A stretch of 41,774 nt of DNA, from positions 1-41,774 of the forward strand of contig PLAD01000145.1 of the NCBI GenBank assembly GCA_003134215.1, written 5' to 3'. Position 1 is the stretch's first letter. Every line of letters starts with the position of its first letter. The notes below the pieces were generated by a model, which ran no database searches, was not told the DNA's origin, and saw nothing but the letters and a program-made list of their open reading frames with translations. The translations under genes and the position numbers were made by a program. This document shows positions 34,931 to 41,774 of this stretch, piece after piece. Source of the DNA: Armatimonadota bacterium. GTDB taxonomy: Bacteria; Armatimonadota; Armatimonadia; Armatimonadales; Capsulimonadaceae.

Positions 34931-36343
34931 TTAGGCGGCGAGTGATGCCTGGCCGTTGGGTTGACGGGGTGCAGTTACTGCCTTGATAGCATGGATGCAC
35001 TCTGCATCGAGTGCAATGTCCGCGTCCTTGTCGATAATCTCAAATACTCGTTCGAGCGGCATCGCATCTCGGTAAGGCCGTTTCGCGGACAGAGCATCAA
35101 AAACGTCCGCGACAGCGACGATACGCATATCCAAATCAAGCTGCTCCGCACTCAACCCCTGAAAATAGCCTTTGCCGTCAAGGCGTTCATGATGCGCCCC
35201 GGCAATTGCGGAGATGCGGGAGAAGCCGTCAATCTTTCCGAGTATCTGCGCCGAATAGTAGGGATGTTTTTTGATTGCAGCCCACTCGTCGGGTTCTAGT
35301 TTTCCTGGTTTATCCAAAATAGTGTTTGGGACGCCAAGCTTGCCGATGTCGTGAAGTAGAGATGCGCGCCGCAGAGTAACCAGTCGATTGCCGGTTATAT
35401 TCATATACTGAGCTATCTCAACCGAATATCTGCAGACGCGGAATGAGTGAGCGCCGGTGAACGGTGACTTCGCATCGACGATTTCCGCAAATGCATTACA
35501 CACAGCATCTATTCGATCGTCGGTGGCGTCCTGTACAGCAGCTCTGCAGTCTAGAGCAAGGAGTGCACGTTCAGGTGAGCTTTTGAGGTCGTCCCAAAAT
35601 TGAGAATCACTTTGAAAGGCCGTCGAAGCCCTGACCATTTCCGGGTCAAACCATCGTCCAGAACGTTTATTGATTATCTCGTAGGCGGTATTGCGGTCGA
35701 ATGTACACGAGAAGACCTCTAGATTTTGGGCGAGGGCGGCAACACGGCTGAGCAGGGGAATTTGCTCGCGTGACAGGTGATTTGGAGATCCGGTTCCGTC
35801 CCACCGCTCTTCAAGTGAGGCGATGCAGTCCGCAGACTCCTTGCCCATACCGAGTGATAACGCAATTTGCGCTCCGCGGTTGCACCTTGTTTCCGAAAGC
35901 TCATCCGTGTTGCCCGAACCATGGGCTGCGACATCTACCATTTTCTTTGCGCGCTCGAGAAAGGAGCCCTTTGGCAATGAACGCGCTACGACGTATCGGA
36001 CGCATTCGGCGAGATTATTCCAGTCGGTAACGCGCGAAAGGCGTTTACTTTCGATATCGTCGCCGCCGAAGATCTCGTACATGCGGGCTGCATTACTGGA
36101 GCAGCCTGAGTCCTTGAGCAGGAGAGCAAAATAGAGATCTGTGATTTGCTGTTCGGATAGTTGGAGCTCGCGCGCAAGGCGGACGCCGATAAGACATGTG
36201 CGCTGCGCATGCCCCATCGAGTAGCCGCTCGTTAGATCGAGGGCATAACTGAGCGATGACAATATTTGAGAGAAATTGAGTACCGCGGGGTGCTGATAGT
36301 GCTCGTCAGATTCGTTGGAATTTATCGGTCCTGATGTCGGCAA
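34931..36343 (-). CDS. Tandem HD-GYP-type phosphohydrolase (degenerate N-terminal module plus an apparently intact C-terminal module)
   Basis: C-terminal module: HSFRVCRYS...LLHDIGKLGVP...KHPYYSAQIL...GAHHERLDGKGYFQGL. N-terminal module: GHAQRT...LLLKDSGCS...LEERWDGTGSPNHL (HD to KD, HHE to LEE, GYP to GSP). Apparent TTG start. Confidence 0.82.
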   Translation of the reverse strand: MPTSGPINSNESDEHYQHPAVLNFSQILSSLSYALDLTSGYSMGHAQRTCLIGVRLARELQLSEQQITDLYFALLLKDSGCSSNAARMYEIFGGDDIESKRLSRVTDWNNLAECVRYVVARSLPKGSFLERAKKMVDVAAHGSGNTDELSETRCNRGAQIALSLGMGKESADCIASLEERWDGTGSPNHLSREQIPLLSRVAALAQNLEVFSCTFDRNTAYEIINKRSGRWFDPEMVRASTAFQSDSQFWDDLKSSPERALLALDCRAAVQDATDDRIDAVCNAFAEIVDAKSPFTGAHSFRVCRYSVEIAQYMNITGNRLVTLRRASLLHDIGKLGVPNTILDKPGKLEPDEWAAIKKHPYYSAQILGKIDGFSRISAIAGAHHERLDGKGYFQGLSAEQLDLDMRIVAVADVFDALSAKRPYRDAMPLERVFEIIDKDADIALDAECIHAIKAVTAPRQPNGQASLAA

Positions 36344-36442
36344 TTCTTCGCCATCGTTTCTGTTGAACCGTTTGATGGGCTCGCGTACACAGAATTATTG
36401 GCGAAAAGCAGCTAATCTTTAATATACTTTGTTTGCGTTTCT

Positions 36443-36856
36443 TTACTTTATTGCCGCTCCAGGGCTGCTGGGCGGCGCTGGCGGCCCAAGTGTAATCGTT
36501 CCGATATTTTGTGTGCCTCCGCTCGCTGCAGTTATCGAAAACGATTCAACGGAAACAAGCTGGTTGCTTGAGTTGTAAAAATCGATCACTGCGGTATTGC
36601 CGGAAGCTGACGCCGGTACCTCCAGCGCAAACGTGCCGTCCTGGGCAGACGTTGTCGAAGTGGCGGCGATTGGATCAGATACCTTGTCACCGCTCAGAGC
36701 AATCCCGTTTCCATCGTGTATCGTACCGGTCAGGGTAATCGCTGACGGTGTGGGTGTGCTCCCCCCGCCGCCTCCGCCTCCGCCGCCGCACCCGGAGAGA
36801 ATGGACATGGCGGAAAGGAGTATCATCAGTGACGGTATAGGCAGCTTCCTTGGCAT
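36443..36856 (-). CDS. Lipoprotein with a Gly9 tether and a carboxypeptidase-regulatory-like beta-sandwich
   Basis: Lipobox ILSG-C followed by GGGGGGGGG. The stretch LTGTIHDGNGIALSGDKV...QDGTFALEV resembles CarboxypepD_reg-type domains. It lies 14 nt downstream of the S53 peptidase gene. Confidence 0.6.
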   Translation of the reverse strand: MPRKLPIPSLMILLSAMSILSGCGGGGGGGGGSTPTPSAITLTGTIHDGNGIALSGDKVSDPIAATSTTSAQDGTFALEVPASASGNTAVIDFYNSSNQLVSVESFSITAASGGTQNIGTITLGPPAPPSSPGAAIK

Positions 36857-36870
36857 CTTTCGATAACTTT

Positions 36871-39156
36871 CTACGGAGAAGTGAATATTAATTGGCAGCT
36901 TTGCGCAGCGTCGATCCAGTAACCGTCGAACGGATTCAGGACGTCGCCTGAGCCGTGAGGCACATAAATCGATCCATTATAATCGTAAAATTCCGGCAGG
37001 ACAATTCCGGAACCAGCGGCATTGGCGAACGATGTCGTCGAGCCTGATGCAGCGATCTGCAGCGAGTCGATCGTGACTGAATTCATGTACGGATCGCCAA
37101 CCATGTTCCATCCCGGCGATAAAGTATCGACGAAAGTGGGGGAAGTCACGGCTGTCCCGGATACTGCAAGCTTGCCGCCGGAGCTCGCATTGAATCGAGC
37201 CCAATAACCGATTCCCGGAGACAGCGTGTTAGCCGGGGCGGTAGGGGAAATTGCATATTCCGATGTCAACGGCAGGTAGGCAGCCACAACATACGCCGGA
37301 GCGCCGGCTGGCGTGACTAAGCCGGACAATTCCTCAGCAGGCGTCGTACCTGCGTCAAAACTGAAGGGGACTGAAAACATTTGGAGACCAGAGCCAAATG
37401 AATGTACCCCGCTGGGATTAACCGTTAAATTCTGAAAAGCCAGAGCCAATTTCGCAAAGTCGGGAGATCCCCATCCTGTAACGAAATCCCAATTAGGTGT
37501 GCAGTAATAGACCCCGTTATTGCCCGATATAATATCGTGATAGACGGAAGCGTTGTTCATTCCGTAGTTGTAAAGATCGGGATCTATGTTGCCGAGCTTT
37601 TCGCCAAGCTGTTCCTCGATCAGCGCAAGGCTGCCGCCAAAAAATTGACAAGCGCAACTCGTGCCGCCGTATTCGCCGAACTGACCGCCCGAGTAGATGC
37701 TGTAAAAGGGGGTGGATGCCAGCGTGGAAACATCGGGAATCTGTCTCATTCCATTACTGTCAGCATTGGAAACGCCTGGCCCTGTCTGCCACGACGGTTG
37801 AGAATAGTAGATACTCAAGCCGCCGCCCGATCCTGAGTTCGTTCCAAGTGTGCCGTCGTTATATGTCCACGCTATTTCGCCGTTCCATGTGTCGTTGATG
37901 AACGGGCTTAACTCTGTGCCTCCGATGGCGGTGACATAAGCGCTGGAAGCGTCGACTGAGACGGTCACGGTGGATTGGTTGTTCGAGTCGTAGGCACCGT
38001 TGTCGCCGCCGGCTACAATAATTGAAATCCCCTCGGCCGCCATCTGCTCGCGTAAACTCTCATAGCTGTCGGCATACGCTGCGGTCACCGAGTTTTCATC
38101 GGCGCCGTAACTCTCCGTTACTATTCCAGGATCGTCGGAAGCCATCTGATTGAAAATATCCAGGCTCCCGTCGTTCGGGCCTTCATAGACCTTTATTGCA
38201 GCGGCCGGCGCCTGTCCGACTACCGCTTCGATATCAAGGCATGCCTCTTCCGAGTTACTAAGATCCGAGTTCCCGCCGTTTACATTGACAATAGTGATAT
38301 CGGTGCCATTTAGTTTGTTGTACGATAAAAACGAATTGACATCGCTCGTCGAGTATGCTGTCGGAGAAAAAATCGCAACTGTGACTCCCGCACCTTCATA
38401 GCCTGCTGTGTGCAGAGCGGCGCCACTGTACAATTCCGCAAGGTCGGACGGATTTAAGCCGCCTGCAGGATTTGCGTCGGCGACAGCAGGAGCTCGTTTA
38501 AGCAGAGGGCGATGCTGCGCCGCGTTGCTCAGGCCGAATATCCCGCTCAGGCGGGAAGCGATAGCCGTGCCGATTTTGGGTTCGGCGTCCGGTGCGTAAA
38601 AGTCGGGGCTAAAACCGCGGGCAATCTCCGCGGCGCTGCGCCGGTAGCTGCCAATTTTTACCTTGAAAAGCGCCTCCGCAGCAGAGGTTGGCGTTTCGGC
38701 CGAAATAAACAGCTTGTTTGGCCATACCTTCACTTTGGAGAAACCGTTTTGGTTGAGGTACTGCACGACAGCATCGATATCGGAAGTCGTTGCGCCGAAC
38801 CTTTGTCCGTACTGATCCGGAGTCAGCCAATGGTGGTAGTTAGGTGACTTTGGATCGCTCAAAGAATTGACGAACCTCGCGGCATTCTGCTGCGCTGTCG
38901 ACTTTAGCGCGAATGTGAGATGAAGTGTGCCGGCAGCGTTCGGAGCCATCGCAGATGCAGAGTCAAGCGACATTCTGCTGCCTACGGCCTCTGTAGGAAC
39001 CGAGGAGATCGATTCCTGCGATGCAAACGATCGCTGCGGCAACTGGATTGCGGTGGCTGCCAAGAGCGACCAAAACAAAACTTTTGCGAAACGGAAATAG
39101 CTTTTCAAAATCACCTTAGCTGTCTTACCTAATGAAGATGCAACTTCCGATTGCAA
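36871..39156 (-). CDS. Sedolisin (peptidase S53) with a pro-kumamolisin activation domain and a C-terminal extension of about 200 aa
   Basis: Prodomain: LSDPKSPNYHHWLTPDQYGQRFGATTSDIDAVVQYL...VWPNKLFISA. Catalytic domain: EACLDIE, SYG and the catalytic-Ser context EYGGTSCACQFFGG. Start is uncertain (TTG at 39156; the signal-like segment is KVLFWSLLAATAIQLPQRSFA). Confidence 0.85.
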   Translation of the reverse strand: MQSEVASSLGKTAKVILKSYFRFAKVLFWSLLAATAIQLPQRSFASQESISSVPTEAVGSRMSLDSASAMAPNAAGTLHLTFALKSTAQQNAARFVNSLSDPKSPNYHHWLTPDQYGQRFGATTSDIDAVVQYLNQNGFSKVKVWPNKLFISAETPTSAAEALFKVKIGSYRRSAAEIARGFSPDFYAPDAEPKIGTAIASRLSGIFGLSNAAQHRPLLKRAPAVADANPAGGLNPSDLAELYSGAALHTAGYEGAGVTVAIFSPTAYSTSDVNSFLSYNKLNGTDITIVNVNGGNSDLSNSEEACLDIEAVVGQAPAAAIKVYEGPNDGSLDIFNQMASDDPGIVTESYGADENSVTAAYADSYESLREQMAAEGISIIVAGGDNGAYDSNNQSTVTVSVDASSAYVTAIGGTELSPFINDTWNGEIAWTYNDGTLGTNSGSGGGLSIYYSQPSWQTGPGVSNADSNGMRQIPDVSTLASTPFYSIYSGGQFGEYGGTSCACQFFGGSLALIEEQLGEKLGNIDPDLYNYGMNNASVYHDIISGNNGVYYCTPNWDFVTGWGSPDFAKLALAFQNLTVNPSGVHSFGSGLQMFSVPFSFDAGTTPAEELSGLVTPAGAPAYVVAAYLPLTSEYAISPTAPANTLSPGIGYWARFNASSGGKLAVSGTAVTSPTFVDTLSPGWNMVGDPYMNSVTIDSLQIAASGSTTSFANAAGSGIVLPEFYDYNGSIYVPHGSGDVLNPFDGYWIDAAQSCQLIFTSP

Positions 39157-39182
39157 GGATACCGCTTTTCAAGGCGGTATCC
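39157..39182 (-). other. Perfect 9-bp stem-loop between the two S53 paralogs (weak terminator or RNA processing/attenuation site)
   Basis: GGATACCGC (39157-39165) / GCGGTATCC (39174-39182) with an 8-nt loop. There is no clear U tract on the minus strand (followed by TTGCAAT). Confidence 0.35.
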
Positions 39183-39212
39183 CACAGTTGTCAAGCACTG
39201 TCGCTTACGGCG

Positions 39213-41594
39213 TCAGTTTTGAGGACCCAAGAACGTTAACTGTGTGTTGACAGTTGAGTAAAGCCAGTATCCGTCGAACGGCTTTAGTACATCGCCGGTG
39301 GTGTGCTGGATGTATTCTGCGCCATCGTAATCATAAAACTCAGGGCCAATCATGCCCTGCTGAACCGCCGTCGTATAAGGCACATTGGTGCTTCCGGATG
39401 TGACTTCAAGACCAGAGTTGCTAATAGCGATGTTGGAGTTGTATGGATCGGCAACCATATTCCAGCCTGGCACAAGGGAAACGGAATAGCTCAAAGCGCC
39501 TTCCGTCGCACCGGCGTAGCTCAAGCCGCCTCCTGTGGATGCAAACCGAGCCCAATAGGCCTGACCCGGAACCGGCACGTTTGCCGGCGCTGTCGGGGTT
39601 ACTACGTAATCGTTAAGCAGAGGCTCCCAGGCAGCAATCGCAGACGATGATTTGCCGGCGGCTGTCTCCAACCCGGTAAAGAGGTCGCCGGTTGTGTAAG
39701 TCGTTGACGAATAGTCATAAGGAGTGGAAATCATCTGCTCGCCCGGGTTCCACAGGTAGGCTGAGTTACTAATTGGGGTGCTGATCGGTAGGTTGCCGCT
39801 GATCGCCTCCATCATTTGATTGAAGTCACATGAGCCCCAGCCGGTTACAAAGTCCCACCCTGCGTTGCAGTTGTACACCCCATTGTTACCGCTGGTGATG
39901 TCATGGTAGACGGTTGGGGAAGACGCCGCGACGGTATAGAGGGTCGGATTAAGACACCCCAGGTAAGCTCCGACCTGGTCCTCGATCAATGCAAAAGAGG
40001 ACGCCCATAGAGGACAGGATGCGCTCGTTCCTCCATAGGGCACATAAGCGCCTCCAGTATAGATGTAATAATAGGGCGTGCTGGCGCAAGCGGCAACGTC
40101 CGGCACCTGCCGATAACCGTCACTGGCCGTTTGCTGTACTCCTACGCCGTACTGCCAGGACGGGATCGAATAATAGATACTCAATCCACCGCCTGAGCCG
40201 CCGGGTGATCCGAGTGTCCCATCATTATAAGTCCACGCAATTTCCCCGTTCCAATAGTCGGTTGTTGCAGTTATATTGGTCAACTCAGTCCCACCAACCG
40301 ACGTCACATACGGGCTGGAAGCATCTATTGAAACAGCGACAACAGTTGGTGCATCATCGGAGTAGGCTCCGGTATCTCCACTGGATACGAATATCGAGAT
40401 GCCTTCCGCCGCCATGTTCGCTCGGATAACATCGTAGCTCTGTGCGTACGCTGCAGTGATTCCGGCGTCTGTCTCCGGCGTACCATAACTCATTGACACG
40501 ATATCCGGCTTATCGGCGAGCATTCGGCTGAAAATGTCGAAACTGCCGTCATTGGGCCCTTCGTAAACGTTCAAAGTCACTGCGGGCGCCTGGCCGATAA
40601 TAGTTTCGATATCGAGACATGCCTCGTCAGCGTCAGTCGCGTCGGTTGCTCCGCCGTTGACCGATATAATATTGATATTCGGCTTCGTAACATTTATGGC
40701 GGCAAAAAAGGTGTCGACGTCGGACTCTGCATATGTGGTCGGAGAAAACAGTCCGATGGTGATGCCGGCTCCGTAATATCCGTCGTTGTGAAGTGCGGCC
40801 TCATTGTAAATGGCCGACAAGTCTGACGGATAAAGGTATCCATCCGGCGACTCGAGGTTGGGGTGGGCAGCCGGTTTGACGAGAGATGGCTTACGCTGTG
40901 CCATGTTGCTCAGACCAAACAAGCCCGACACCACAGATGCCACCCTGGCATCCAGCTTGGGGCTGCTGTCCGGGCCGTAGTAGGTGGCGCTATATCCTTG
41001 CCTCACTTTTGCGGCCGAGCGGTTGTACCCATGTATCGTTACACCAAATGCTTTTTCAGCCTGGGCTCTTGTAGCGTACGCAGAGACGAAGAGCTTGTTC
41101 GGCCAGACCGTGACACCGGTAAAGTTACTGCTTTTAAGATAGCTGGTGACAGTGCTGATGTCGCTTGGGTTCGCCCCAAATTTCTCTCCGAACTGTGCTT
41201 CGGTTAGCCATTTATGATAGTTGGGCGACTTCGGGTCCGTCAACGTGGCGACATAGGCTGCGATATTGTTGGCGGAAGCCGACGTGACTGCAAATGTAAG
41301 ATGGAGGGGCTTATCCGCCGGCGGCCGCGCGCTGTCGTTGATTGATTGCGCATCACCAATTGCGTCACCGGGGACGGCTATTACTAACGGCTGCGATGCC
41401 ATGACGTGCTGCGTCGGAGCAGAGATGGCGGCAAACAACAGTGCTGCGGTGAAAATATTCCGCGCAGTAAGATAAGAAGGAAACAACGGGCGCCTCTTTC
41501 CCTTGGAAGTACTGAAAATTTTGTCTAGACTTTCATGCGCGTGGGACAAAGAAACGCTTTGTTCACGCTGATAGCTACTATGATAATACACCAC
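39213..41594 (-). CDS. Sedolisin (peptidase S53) paralog with the same prodomain and C-terminal extension
   Basis: LTDPKSPNYHKWLTEAQFGEKFGANPSDISTVTSYL...VWPNKLFVSA, EACLDIE and PYGGTSASCPLWASSFALIE. The C-terminal ...PGWNMVADPY...EFYDYDGAEYIQHTTGDVLKPFDGYWLY parallels the neighbouring paralog. GTG start at 41594 is uncertain. Confidence 0.85.
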   Translation of the reverse strand: MVYYHSSYQREQSVSLSHAHESLDKIFSTSKGKRRPLFPSYLTARNIFTAALLFAAISAPTQHVMASQPLVIAVPGDAIGDAQSINDSARPPADKPLHLTFAVTSASANNIAAYVATLTDPKSPNYHKWLTEAQFGEKFGANPSDISTVTSYLKSSNFTGVTVWPNKLFVSAYATRAQAEKAFGVTIHGYNRSAAKVRQGYSATYYGPDSSPKLDARVASVVSGLFGLSNMAQRKPSLVKPAAHPNLESPDGYLYPSDLSAIYNEAALHNDGYYGAGITIGLFSPTTYAESDVDTFFAAINVTKPNINIISVNGGATDATDADEACLDIETIIGQAPAVTLNVYEGPNDGSFDIFSRMLADKPDIVSMSYGTPETDAGITAAYAQSYDVIRANMAAEGISIFVSSGDTGAYSDDAPTVVAVSIDASSPYVTSVGGTELTNITATTDYWNGEIAWTYNDGTLGSPGGSGGGLSIYYSIPSWQYGVGVQQTASDGYRQVPDVAACASTPYYYIYTGGAYVPYGGTSASCPLWASSFALIEDQVGAYLGCLNPTLYTVAASSPTVYHDITSGNNGVYNCNAGWDFVTGWGSCDFNQMMEAISGNLPISTPISNSAYLWNPGEQMISTPYDYSSTTYTTGDLFTGLETAAGKSSSAIAAWEPLLNDYVVTPTAPANVPVPGQAYWARFASTGGGLSYAGATEGALSYSVSLVPGWNMVADPYNSNIAISNSGLEVTSGSTNVPYTTAVQQGMIGPEFYDYDGAEYIQHTTGDVLKPFDGYWLYSTVNTQLTFLGPQN

Positions 41595-41690
41595 GTTTGT
41601 ACCTTCAATAGCATAGAAGGGATTGAACGTGTTGAAACCGAACTATCGTACGTAAGTTTTCTGAAGAGAATCTAAAACCAATGTTCTATA

Positions 41691-41774
41691 TGCCGAAGGG
41701 GGGACTCGAACCCCCACACCCTTGCGAGTACATGGACCTGAACCATGCGCGTCTGCCAATTCCGCCACTTCGGC
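41691..41774 (-). tRNA. tRNA-Leu (anticodon CAG), type II with a long variable arm; its 5-prime end coincides with the window edge
   Basis: The reverse complement folds as acceptor GCCGAAG/CTTCGGC, anticodon stem CATGG/CCATG with loop TTCAGGT (CAG), a 15-nt variable arm, T arm GGGGG-TTCGAGT-CCCCC and discriminator A. No CCA is encoded. Confidence 0.9.

Noticed and set aside
41595-41774. tRNA-Leu as the attachment site of a genomic island containing the S53 genes
   Set aside because: There is no integrase, excisionase or transposase anywhere in the window. I did not spot a direct repeat of the tRNA 3-prime end. The tRNA is at the window edge, so this cannot be assessed further.

Overview
This is a chromosomal segment of about 53% GC from a diderm (LPS-type envelope) bacterium. 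It is densely coding and mostly housekeeping. I found no transposase, integrase or CRISPR array.

Gene order:
- 3-prime part of gyrA
- a tiny secreted Met-rich protein
- an Lpt cluster (LptD-like outer membrane protein plus an LptF/G permease)
- a GH57 glycosidase and a lipoprotein
- lnt and a YfhO-like membrane protein
- a Gloeo_Verruco (GloVer) repeat protein
- a CsgG-family gene broken by an in-frame TGA
- a 13-gene, 13-kb co-directional array on the minus strand: aroC-aroK-aroB, a small TM protein, a PASTA pseudokinase, rpe, DUF1003, a GT-C-like membrane protein, a CN-hydrolase, nadE, a YhaM-like OB/HD protein fused to a LexA-type S24 domain, a nicotinate PRTase, and a small TM protein
- a lycopene-cyclase-family gene plus a GT-C-like membrane gene
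- a three-gene plus-strand block: ECF-like sigma, an XRE-like HTH protein, and an ImmA/IrrE metalloprotease fused to a UvrD-like helicase
- YciI and a tandem HD-GYP protein
- a Gly9-tethered lipoprotein and two tandem sedolisin (S53) paralogs
- tRNA-Leu(CAG)

Best candidates for an undescribed system:
1. The sigma / HTH / ImmA-helicase operon at 30725-34576.
2. The YhaM-S24 fusion embedded in the NAD salvage genes at 16226-17572.

All calls rest on motif recognition by eye in the supplied translations. No database search was run.
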